A stretch of DNA of 64,000 nt from Vicugna vicugna (taxonomy: Eukaryota), in assembly GCA_013265495.1 (NCBI GenBank), contig MU057487.1, forward strand, positions 930,001 through 994,000. The letters run 5' to 3'. The notes below the pieces were generated by a model. That model had not been told where the DNA came from. It saw only the letters and a list, made by a program, of their open reading frames with translations, and searched no databases. Position 1 is the stretch's first letter, and each line of letters starts with the position of its first letter. Shown piece by piece: positions 11,985 through 23,170 of the stretch. The position numbers and the translations under genes were made by a program.

Positions 11985-12290
11985 ATTTGTGGAATCATTG
12001 AGTGGGAAGGGAGTTCAAGTTCACGGAGTGCAGCTGATACAGGAACCAAGCTGATAAAAGAATTCTCTTTACAATATCCCTGTCAGGTGGACATCAAGTC
12101 TCTACCTGTGTATTCATCCAGCCCTGGGCTGCCCAAAGCCTAGAGAGAAGTATATTGTGCTCTCAATAGCCTCAGTTGAAGGAAAAGATTTTTTTTCTTC
12201 TTTTCAGTCAAAATATACCTTTGTATAACTTTGATTGATTGCCTCCCCTCTGACAACCCAGAAAACAGCGTGCTCTCTTTGACATCATTA
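11985..12290 (-). mobile_element. L3/CR1 LINE fragment
   Basis: 'gagtgggaagggag...caatatccctgtcaggtggacatcaagtctctacctg...aaaatatacctttgtataactt' follows the recalled antisense L3 3' region. Confidence 0.55.
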
Positions 12291-12329
12291 CCCATTGACT
12301 GAAAAAGTCACCCATAAAATACAAAGAGC

Positions 12330-12430
12330 CAGAGTAAGTTTCAAGAGTCCCAGATTTGCTCCTTAGCTCTGCTATAAATCAAATATGTGACCTGTGTTTA
12401 AATTCAATTACCCTTTTCCAATAAATTTCT
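12330..12430 (+). mobile_element. MIR fragment
   Basis: 'gagtcccagatttgctccttagctctgctataaatcaaatatgtgacctg'. Confidence 0.45.
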
Positions 12431-12544
12431 TTTTTCCTTCTTGTTTTTTTTTTAATATCTGCACCTCTACATTTAAAGTGGAAACTTTTTTTAGCAAATT
12501 AAAGTATTTCATTTAAAATTGAGAGAGATGGTTTACCTTTTAAA

Positions 12545-13143
12545 TTTTTATTATGAAAAATTTCAAACATGGACAAGAGTTGATGTAATAAAATAGTGAA
12601 TGCCCTTGTAATCAACACCCTCTAAATATACCAACTTGTGATCAATCTTATTTCATCTTTATCCTCACCCAGTTCCCCTCTTCCCTGGACTTGTTTTGAA
12701 GCAAATCCCAGATACTGTATCAAATTATCTATGATTCACAGTTTCTCTAAAATTTAAGTACTGTGACTTTGTAACAATCTTAATACCATTGTTTTTCTCT
12801 CCCAAATTAAAAATAATTCCTAAATATCTTAAACTATACAGGCAGTGCTTACATTCGTCCAACATGTGCTCACTCACTTTCTCTCTCACTCTCTCTCTTT
12901 CTGCTTGTTTGAGTCAGGATGCAAGCAAGAGCCTTACCATTAGAACTGGTTAAGTCTCTTTCAATCTAAAGGTGCCCCTGTCCATCTAATTTTTGTTTTT
13001 TTTCTTTACCATTTATTTGTTGAATAAACTAAGTTTCATGGAATTCGTGTATACTGGATAGCTTTGTCCTTTTGTGCATATATATTTTTTTTTCACCAGT
13101 GTATCTTTGCAGAAATGTTGTAGAGTGGAATTTCTGGGTTGTA
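12545..13143 (-). mobile_element. L1MC-type 3' fragment
   Basis: 'ttattatgaaaaatttcaaacat...atcttatttcatct...ttttgaagcaaatcccagatac' is typical of the antisense L1MC 3' end. Confidence 0.7.
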
Positions 13144-13700
13144 GCAACTTAAATGTCCATTGACAGATGACTGGATAGAGAAGTTGTGGTATAGATACAC
13201 AGCCATAAAAAGAATAAAACAATGGCATTTGAAGCAACATGAATGGACCTGAAGATTCTCATACTAAGTGAAGTAAGCCAGAAAGAGAAAGAAAAATACT
13301 ATATGATATCACTCATATGTGGAATCTTAAAAAAAAAAACAACAAATGAACTTATTTATAAAACAGAGACAGACTCACAGACAGATTTATGGTTACCAAG
13401 GGGAAAGAGGGTGGGGAGGGATAAATTGAGAGCTCAGGAATTGTAGATACTAACTACTATATGTAAATCAGATAAACAAGAAGGTCATACTGTATAACAC
13501 ACAGAACGATAATCAATACTCTAATGGCCTATAATGAAAATGAATATAAAAAGGAATATATATATATATGTGTATATATATATATATATATAAATAAGTG
13601 ACTCATTATGCTGTATACCAGAAATTAACACAACATTGTAAATCAACTAGACTCAATAAAAAATAAAAATAGAAACAAATATTTATATTAAAAAAAAAAA
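13144..13700 (+). mobile_element. L1 ORF2 end plus 3'UTR (cetartiodactyl-type) with internal (TA)n and poly-A tail
   Basis: ORF 13243 begins MDLKILILSEVSQKEK (L1 ORF2 terminus WMDLE.I.LSEVSQ); 'aacacaacattgtaaatcaactagactcaataaaa'; A-run to 13700; (TA)n at ~13555-13592. Confidence 0.9.
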
Positions 13701-13769
13701 GAATCCAGGTTTCAATCTTTATCCTTTACTAGTCTCAGCATATAACTTCCTTCCTTTAGAGTACGGCAT

Positions 13770-14087
13770 GGTCTAAAATGGTTTCATTACAGGTTGACAG
13801 TAGTCGGCACAGCAAAGAGACCAAAGGGCCATTCTTCCCAGCTAAGCGATCTCAGTCAGCCCAGAAGTTACATTCATACTGACTCTTATATTTCACACTA
13901 ACACGTTAACACTGGCTGTTACATTTCATTGGCCAGAATGTAGTCACATGGCCATAGCACGCAGTAAGACAGGCTGAGAAGCGTGTGCTTCCAAGGGATG
14001 GATTGCCCCCAGTGAAATCAGAACTCCATTACTAAAGAAGGAAAGGAGATGGGATGTTGGACTGGTCAACTAGGTGTCTCTGCTGCT
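13770..14087 (-). mobile_element. MLT1 (MaLR) LTR fragment
   Basis: 'acatttcattggccagaatgtagtcacatggcca...ggctgagaa...attactaaagaaggaaaggagatgggatgttgg...caactagg' is typical of antisense MLT1. Confidence 0.75.
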
Positions 14088-16637
14088 TTATTTTCGCATC
14101 TTTTGACACCTCTCTTATTCTCCATGTTTAATTATGATTATTCACAGTGATGCTGGGATCACATGAGCATCGTATAAGAACTTGGAATAAAATTTCTCCA
14201 AACCATAGAATACATGAAAGAAATGTGGTGCCCCTAGAATTACAGTAGGTGCTGAAGTTACGAAGATGAATAAAGTAGCAGCACACTTCAGTCTTTTTGG
14301 AAAACTCTGCTCTTTACAGGTCTGTAAAACTCAGTCTTCTTTATGCCCTGGTTCTTCCTTTTTCTAGTCAAAATCCTTCTAAAAGTAAACAGTGAGACTT
14401 CAGCTGCACTAGTTTCTTACTGCTCTGCTATCAAGGTCTTCTAAGATTGTATCATTAGAACGTTTTAAGAATCTCATTTCTTTTAAGCTGTCTTTACTTT
14501 TTAAGACCTCCAGCCATGGAGTGGTACTTATTTTTTTTTCTCTGATAATTAAAAAATCTGCATACTGTATTCTTCTCTGTATTTCCCTTCTACTTTATTT
14601 TGAACACTAAGATGACGGGGTTACTTTTCCCCAACATCTTCACCATATCACTTTACTTTGTGTTTCTTCCCCATTGCTTGGACTTAAGCCCACAATGGCA
14701 ATTTTCTCTTTCCTTTGTCTACCTTCTGAAAGGCGAACCTAGGGACAAACCAAGTTAGGAATTCCTCAGAAGACGTGCATTCATCAGAAAGAATCTTTCT
14801 TCCAATATTAAGATGATCAAAATTTAAAATTCAGCATTGAACACAGTTCAGTTACTGTCTGCACGCACACACAGCAGGGCAGAAACCACTATCGTGTGCA
14901 TGGGGTAAGGAAATCAGACCAAGTGATCGTTACGTGATAATGTATTAATAATAGATGGTCTAATGAACCAAAAATGAGCTTGGCAAATCTCCCAGGTATC
15001 TTTCATAAAATAATTTCAACGATCTGCTTTGGCTGTGAAGAGTGGAATACATTATCCCACATTTCCTTGTGGGTGGAGAGGCTGGCACAGATCCAAGAAC
15101 TGGGGCAGTGACTCTGTGCTTGGCCCCACACTTCCCCAAAGCCCATGGCCTCTCCTCCATTACAGTGCATGCGTCTGTGGGAAGGAGCCTAAGAGCCCAA
15201 TTATGCTCCACAGACTGAACTCCCATGTCCCCGAGCTTCCCAGCACACACGCCTGGCAGTCCCTTGACGGCTGCAGAGGTTCCGCTCATGGCTAGAGCGG
15301 CTGAGATTCTGCTGTTTCACTGGTGTGGCGTGAGTACACAGACAAACTGTATGAGAACTGGTGATGTATTTCCTGCCACATTATCCTGTACTGTCCTCAA
15401 GCTGACTAGGGGAAGAGGCTGACCTTCAGAAGGTCCAAGCTTGGCATGAAGCACAGTCAATACATGGGTGAGAAATCACAGTTACAAAAGGGAAACCTGG
15501 GGCTTGCCTCTCACTCCAGATCCTGCAGTCTACCACAGAGCAGGGCTTGGCACCTGCATAGGGTATGCCAGTCATAAGCCCTGTAAAGAACTATAGCACG
15601 TGTCCCTCAATCTTCTGGAAACGAATTTATGTGTTCAACGAAATGACATAGGACGGATCACGGGGAGGACAGAAGAACCATGGCTGAGGCTTCATGCGTA
15701 TTCTGGTCTGGACATCAGAGACATGAAATGGTCTGCAACTTCCCCGGAAGGAAGGGTCATTAGGGAATCTGTGTTCAGAGGCACTGCTGACACATGCCAG
15801 AAATGCCACTAGTAGTCCTGGACATGAGACAGGTAGTGGAACCAAAGTGGATTGATTCAATGAGAAGCTCAAAACCTTAGTTGGTTTGCAGAGTGTTTTT
15901 TTCTTTGGCCACATGCATGACACATTCCACACTTTAGGTCTGTTTCAATGAATGGGATTTAATTCACCTCCACACATTCATTTAACCCATTAAGTGGTTC
16001 TAAGTTATGGGCAAATATAGTCACAAAAAAAGTAATCATATAAGGAAGATCAGGGCAAAGCTATCAGGAACTTTTCAATTATCTGACTTAGGCAGCGCCT
16101 CTAAGAAGTGTTGAGCAGAGGCTTGTTATGGGAGTGGAGAAAAGCAACTTGTCGTCTATCTCAAAGTCACAACGGCTATGGTGCACATAGCTATGAACTT
16201 CTGGATTAGAAAACTCATGTAGCAAGTAAGTAGGTAAGATCAGAGTGGATGTACATTCTCTGGACCCCTAAACTAGCCAAGAAATAGACCAGCGACACCC
16301 TAATTCATCTTCCTGGGGCCTAAACCATACAGTCTAAAAGCAAAGGCATGCTTAGATATATTTGCCAAAATATTTGATCTTTTGTTACATTTCCTCTGTG
16401 ACTTTATCTTGGATGCAATGTTTCAGAGGGGAGGCAAGACATTTTATAATTTCACATTTGTACCCCAGCTCTGGCAAATGTTCTAGAATTTGTTCATAGA
16501 GCCAACTTTCCCTCTGGACACAAAAGGCCAAATTTAGCTCACCCTTTTTTGTTCCTTTTTTCATCTCATCTGTTGCCACTTTTAATGCTTTTTCTAAAAG
16601 ACTGACCACCCAGATCTTCAGTCCCCATCAGAAGTGG

Positions 16638-17033
16638 TGTGATGGTTAATCTTATGTCCATTTGACATTAGACTAGACATTAGTTCTGAGTTGTCCGTGA
16701 GACTGTTTTTGGATGAGATGGGCATTTGAATCAGGAGGTTGCCTTCCCCAGTGTAAGTAAACATGATCCAACCTGATGAAGGTCTGAGTAGAATAAAAGG
16801 CAGAAAAAGGAAGAATTTGCCCTTTTTTCCCTGCCTCATTGTTGAGCTGGGACATCTCAATTCAGCTTCTCCAGCCCTTGGACTGGGATTTGTACCACAG
16901 TTGTTCTCAGACCTACAGACTCAGCCCGAAATACACCACTGGCTTTCCTAGGTATTCGGCTTACAAATGGCAGATCTTGGAGCATCTTAATCATGTGAGC
17001 CAATTCTTCATAAGAAATAAATAAACTGATACA
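16638..17033 (+). mobile_element. MLT2 (ERVL) solo LTR
   Basis: Starts tgtgatggttaat and ends ctgataca (TG...CA); internal 'tttttggatgagat...gcatttgaatc', 'gagctgggacatc', 'aatcatgtgagccaattc' are hallmark MLT2 motifs. Confidence 0.85.
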
Positions 17034-17067
17034 TAATAGAGAGGCCAACCTCCCCGACTCACTGTCC

Positions 17068-17182
17068 ATATGACTTCTGCAATTGTCCTGACTTCTCTGA
17101 GCCTCGCTGTTTCCTCACTGATAAAATACAGAAGTTAAATGATCTCAAAGCTTTCCCCACCTTTCAAAGCTGTGAATTCTGA
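17068..17182 (+). mobile_element. MIR3-like fragment
   Basis: 'acttctctgagcctcgctgtttcctcactgataaaat...aaatgatctcaaag'. Confidence 0.55.
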
Positions 17183-17439
17183 ATACTCAGGTTCTTGGAC
17201 TCTGGCAAGTTCTTTAGAGCCACCCTTATAAGTGCCTGCAAATAAATATCAGCACAGTTATAGTCATTAGCATTTCTGCATGCACATGCAGTTCAGGTAA
17301 CCGAAGCGTGCCGGGCATGCTGCCGCGGATGCCACCCATTACAGTCACCTCTGTACAGACAGGCTCTGCCTTTCTTGCTAAAATCAACATGAGGTATTTC
17401 AGAGCCACAGGGTAACGACCTGGATTTGATAAAGGAAGC

Positions 17440-17610
17440 ACACTGGAAGTCAGCCAAGCAAGATTTGGATACTAGTTCCGGCTCTGAGATTGACTGTCTA
17501 AGTGCCCTTGGTTTAGTCACTTACATCTTGTGAGCCTCGTTCTTACCATTTTAAAGTGGACCTAACAACACCTTCACTACCTCCCTCACAGGGCTGCCGC
17601 GAGGTGCTGA
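17440..17610 (+). mobile_element. MIR SINE
   Basis: 'agttccggctctg...cttggtttagtcacttacatcttgtgagcctcgttc...ctacctccctcacagggctgccgcgagg'. Confidence 0.7.
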
Positions 17611-18094
17611 ATCCCACAAGCTGACCCGGCAGACCAGACCTGCGTCACTTAACCACCCACCACCAGGCACCACGGCTGTATGGTCACCCCAGGCCAGGGA
17701 GCCCCTCCATTCCTGGGAGGGAGGCCTGACAGCACTGAAGGGTTAGAAATCCTCTTCTTACCCCTACTTGCCTCTGCAGCTTGGTCTCCTGCCTGCCTTA
17801 AGACACACGCTGCAGCACATAGTGGAAAAAGTGAATTGGTTGTTTTTTATTATTACAGTGATCATGTTTAGCATTTTCACACCTTTGTTTATATCATTTT
17901 CTCCTTCTTGAGCACCTTTTTCTTCCAAGCATAATTACACAGCAAAATCCAAACATTTGTAGAAAAGAAAGTGGATGTTCTGAGCTCCCGTGTTTGCATA
18001 ACTCTGAAAGTAGCTTCCACACCTACTTTTATTGTGATGATTTTTGCATGTGGTATTTTTCTTACTGTACATATGCTCCCAAAAATCACCAGAC

Positions 18095-18192
18095 TGTCAG
18101 ATACATCTTTATATAGTCCCAAAGTGAGCTAGCCTACAACACTTCACATATAGAACTCAATAAATACTTAATACATAATTAATAAAGAATTT
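18095..18192 (+). mobile_element. L2 3' end fragment
   Basis: 'cacatatagaactcaataaatactt...aataaagaat' matches the L2 tail pattern. Confidence 0.5.
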
Positions 18193-18569
18193 ATGAAAAC
18201 AGACCCATGAGCCCAGGAATCATTTCGTGGCTGTGTAGCTTGCTTGCTCTGAGCTTGCCTTTTGGTTTAGGAAGGGCAGAGAGGGTATTTTCAGGCTTGC
18301 CTAAAAAGAGAGCTGTCATGTACCTGACGTCATTAAACCTGCAGCCTTGCCTGCCTCCGAATCCATTCCATTTCTGAGCATATCTGTTGGGCTGAAAGCG
18401 AAAGTCTTTATAATAGGACTAGACATTTTAATAGCCCCTGGGGAAATAAAAGCACTTCTTGAAGGTTATTTTTTTTTTCTGAATAGAAGTAGTCTATGCA
18501 TGGAACAGCTAGAAAATGTCATAATTAGAAAAAAATATATTATTCTGTTCCCTGAAATCATAATACTGC

Positions 18570-18750
18570 TAAGTGATATTTACTGAATTTTTAATATGTT
18601 GCATCATCAGACGCATTGTCTCATTTAAGCTTCACAATGACTATATTGTAGAAATCAATATTATCTCCATTTTACAGATAAGGAACTGGCGACAGAGAGA
18701 TGGCTGGTTAGTTGCTCAAGGTTACACAACTAGCAAGTGATGAAATAGAT
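18570..18750 (-). mobile_element. MIR SINE
   Basis: 'tctcatttaagcttcacaa...tattatctccattttacagataaggaactg...gctcaaggttacacaactagcaagtg'. Confidence 0.85.
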
Positions 18751-21129
18751 AACTTGGTCATGACTAGAGCTCTCTACCTGGACATGAACATTTGAGGAAA
18801 TTCAGAACAAGGCAGTTTCCCTATTCTGTGGCTCTTAACCTTAGGTCTCCCAGGAACATGAAAATGGATAGGAGTTTTCATGGTCATTGTGTAACCTCTG
18901 TTCAGTTAGCTTTGAACTTAGATATCTTCTCTCTCTCTCTCTCTCCTTGGAAAAATGAAAATAAACTTGATTTCCGGCAGGTTTCATCAGCAGTCACCGG
19001 AAGGGCTTTCCCAATGCTCAGGAAAATACGGTTCCCATGACCTTTTGCCCGGGATTCTCTGCGCACGACTCAGGCACCAGAGCAATCAAAGCCCAGGCAG
19101 CAGGAGTACCTGTCGTCAGGCTGCACTGCCCCAGGGTGGAGCAGGGGCTCCTGGCTCGCCTGTAGCGCTCCGCCAAATGCTCGAGGCACAGGGTCCTTCA
19201 ATCCACTCTCCCCCACCAGGATAGGCAGCCAAAATCCCATTGGTAAAGCCTCGCATCCACCAAGGGAAGCTGAGAGGCAGCTACTAGTCAACCCAGGTGC
19301 TGGCGCGCAGAGAGGGAGGGGCACGTGGATTTCGATACTACAGAAAGCAGGCCCCTTCCTCCCGACCGTGGTGCACTTTTTTATGAAAAGGACACACAGC
19401 TGGGAATTCCTACCAACGGAAAGGCCACACACGTGGCACAGAAAACATAACTAGAGCTTGAATCATCCACAAAATGACCTCAAAAGGTGACCGAGTGACC
19501 TTTAAACCATCGCACCAAGAAAAACTGCTCCCATCTTGTTCTATCACCTAACTCAGCCCTAACGAGCAGGAAGTTGAAGGCACTGTGTCTAATCTCCAAA
19601 CAGCTCTGTAGAATCACTTACATTACAATTAATTTTTTTTTCGTTTTTTTTCTGACAGCTCCGTCTGTTACTTGGTCATGAGATGCAGATTTTTGTGCAT
19701 TTCATGCATTTTATAGATATTGGCATCACCGGGCATCTGTTTGTTTGTTTGCTTCTGCCTCTGTCCAGCATTTCTTTTTTCTCACTCCAATTCCTAGGCA
19801 GATACAGCTCTCTTCTAATAACATAGGCAAGGCACACACTATTGATCTGATTGCAGCATAGAACCCTTCTGAAATACTGCGAGCCGGTGACCTCATACTG
19901 CACTGCTCAGCACAAGTTAGGATAGCCTTCGCAGAAGGAACCAGTCAAGTGTTTTACAGGAGAGGAAACTATAAAAAGAGAGTTCTTCAGACTCTTCTCT
20001 TGCTGTAATCCAGTCAGGTCATATTTTATTGGGGCTCATTGCCAAGTTAGAGAGTGATAAGTGTGGAAACCATGGAAACGGATTATGGCCAAATTGCTGT
20101 TGCTTCGAAACCCTAGTGACTCACGCTGCGGAACTCTACACATTATCCATTAGGGTACCTCTCAGGCTTTTGTCGGGAGGGCCTTTTACAGGCTCATTCT
20201 AGGTTCAGGCTCAGCCACAAGCTCGCTGGGAGAGTGAGTATGCCATCTGATATAAAAGCTACTGCAAGTCATAAGGGTTTTTTCATAAATAAGGAAAAGA
20301 TATCACAAACTGCACATTATCCTTGATCGATTTTATTTAACTGAATACCTTGAGTTATAAAAAGTATTTAAATATTCCTAAATGTTGAAGACATTTACAG
20401 TACTCTCTCCCTTTCTCTCTCTTTTAAAGTGAATTATTTGCCTCCACTTTTTAAAACTTCAAAGAAGAATGTGTCTTGTCAATGTCATTATACCTATGAA
20501 ACTGTTAGGTTTCAATATGCTACATCTGAAAAAAAATCCTAATGGATCATTAGATTTTGTAAAGTCCCCAAAGCTATGAACACATAACATCACACCCCAC
20601 TTCAAACAGAACAAGTTGGAACAAGGATTCCCCTTTTATATACAGTCCTGAAAGTTAAATCTGTTTCTTAATTAATTTATGAAATCAAAATAAAGCATTA
20701 AATAAACACAAACTTTCAGATAGTTGACATATAAATGACATATAAATTCTGATTACTGTTTTTGTCAGAATCAATGATGCAAGGTTTCTGCAATGTAAGT
20801 GAACAAGAGTAGGAATTTTCAAAATAAGTCATGAAATATTAACTGGCTGTGTACTTCTTGCCATCTCAGTGGGATGTACAGAAAGGCTAGAATTGAAGAG
20901 TCCTGACTCATGCACACGTTTCACTGAATATTCCCATCCTATCTCAACATCTCACCTTGTAAAATGTGCCAGTCTTCTAGGATTACAGCAAATCAATAAT
21001 TAGAAGACTGATTCTTCTCAGGATGGGAGCAGCCTTGATTTGGGGCTGAAGTCTGAAACACTCATTTAAATCATTCTTGTATAAACATAGTTGAAATGAA
21101 ATTAACCTTTTTTTTTGTATCTTAGTAAC

Positions 21130-23170
21130 ATCTTTTTAAAAATAGTTCCAAAATAAATACATGTTCACTGCAAATAAATGAAGAAATAGAAAAATCACAG
21201 GAAAGAAGCATTAGTTTTCTACAATCCAGCACTGATATACAGTTGACGTTTGAATAACAACAATACAGGATTTAAGCTTTGCAGGTCCACTTACAAGACT
21301 TTTTTTTTTTCCAATAAATACACGCAGTACTATACGATCTGTGCTTGCCTGAATCAATGACGCAGAGCCGTGGATACAGAGGTTGATTATGGGACCTGAG
21401 CATCCTCAGATTTTGGTATCTTCCTGGATCCTGGAACGTCTGGATACCAAGGGACAACTGTTCAATCATTTACATTTTACTGCTTACTACTTTTCTCATT
21501 TGTTTATGCATAATTTTACAAAAATAGTGGCAGACTCTTACCTCCTGTATGTAATTACTTTGCTCTCCATTGTGAATATTTTCTCTTTTAACTACGTATT
21601 TTCTGTAGCACTTTCAATGACTACATGGATCTCTACAGTAAATATATACCTGAACCTGTGTTACCCCCTCCTAAAAGAACTTTTAGATTTCTTTAAATTG
21701 TCCCTTTCACATATTGTGCTAATTGGATGTATTTGACTGTGACTTCATCTTAATTATTTATTCAGGGTAGATCCCTAAAACTACCAGGTGAACTTGTAGG
21801 GACATTTTTAAAGACCTAAGAAATCTATTTTCAAATATTCTTTAAAAGTTTATTCCAATTCACTTACTCCTGAGCAATGTCAATGCCTGATACCTTAATT
21901 AACCCTAGGAATTACGAATTTTTTATCTTTACTCAAATGATACATGAAAAGAGAATCTTACTGTTGTTTCAGTTTGCATATCTTTATTATTAAAGATATT
22001 TAACATTTTTTCATAAGACTTTTAAGAATCATCTGTGTGAATTGCCCGCCCATGCCTTTTACTTTTTAAAATATGCAGATATCAAACTTTTCTTTATAGA
22101 TTGTAGGTGCTTTTCATTCATTCACCACTGCTAGACATGGTTCCCACTTAGTCATTAAACTCTGTTAATCTTCTACTGTTGAGGTACAGAAATCTTCATT
22201 TTAGTTCATCAAATCTCATTTGTTTTCCTTGGTAATTTCTAGCATCTGTTTTTGTCTTCCAAAAGTCTTCTTGAATGCAAGATATATGTTCATATTTTCC
22301 AATACTTTTTTACAGTTTTATTTGCATTTAGTTTTTAAATCTATTTAAAATGGATTTTAGCATGTATAAAAGGATGGTGCTCTCTACCATATTTTGCATC
22401 AGAATGCATATAGAAAATGATCATTTTCATGGCACTCTGTGATAAACAGGTGAGGTTGCTCGAGGCCAGAATATATCAGCCACTGTAGTCACTAAAGGGA
22501 CCATGTCCCGTCTTATCTGCAACCCACTCCCAGCATACCATTGGCACTTCTGCTGTAAGGCAAGTTAAGACATGAAATTTTAATAAAACAGCTTACCAAT
22601 CATTCAAGTTACTGAATAATGCATTTTTCTCCCACTCATTTGAAATATCATTTTAATTATATACTAAAATCTTTTATAAATGGGTCTTTTTCTGGTGTTT
22701 CTGCTCTGTTTCATTGATCTGAGTGCCTATCCCCACATTTATACCACACTGTTTCACATTTTGCAGCTTTGTAATAAGTTCAAGTCTTTGGCAATGTGAA
22801 TTTCATCTTACAATTTTCTTTCAAAAACGGCAGTTCTCACCTACTTATGTTTCCAGATAAACTTCAGAAAATTTCTCAAAAATTTAGATATTTGAAGGGG
22901 ATTGTATTACATGTAAACATCACTTGGAAAGTATTGACATGGCACAGTATTTTGTTTTCCATTTGGTAGACATTTATTCAAATCATCTGTGTGACTTTCA
23001 ATAAAGGTTAGTAGTTTTCTCCATTTAGGCAGACACTTCTGCTAAGGTCACTCTTATGGAGCGTCTGTTTTTGTTGCTATTTTTCATGGTATTGTGTTCT
23101 CATTATATTTTCTAGATGGCTATTATTGGCATAAAGGAAAACTATAAACAGTTAATTTGTTTACAACCAC
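21130..23170 (-). mobile_element. Ancient L1ME-type element (3'UTR plus ORF2 remnants), interrupted
   Basis: Antisense old-L1 motifs, e.g. 'cagtttgcatatctttatt', 'tctgtgtgaattgcccgcccatgcc', 'ctctgtttcattgatctg...ataccacactgttt...gctttgtaataag'. Confidence 0.65.
21240..21460. mobile_element. Tigger2-derived MITE (MER8-like, TcMar-Tigger) nested in the old L1
   Basis: Terminal inverted repeats cagttg (21240) and caactg (21460), TA at the left flank; internal 'ggtccactta' and 'gagcatcctcagattttggtatc...ggataccaagggacaactg'. Confidence 0.8.

Noticed and set aside
13070..13143. Possible twin-priming 5' inversion of the L1 at 13144-13700
   Set aside because: The antisense piece is far more decayed and fits the adjacent L1MC fragment; no TSD encloses both parts.
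17303..17322. p53-like response element
   Set aside because: Half sites are out of register and mismatched.
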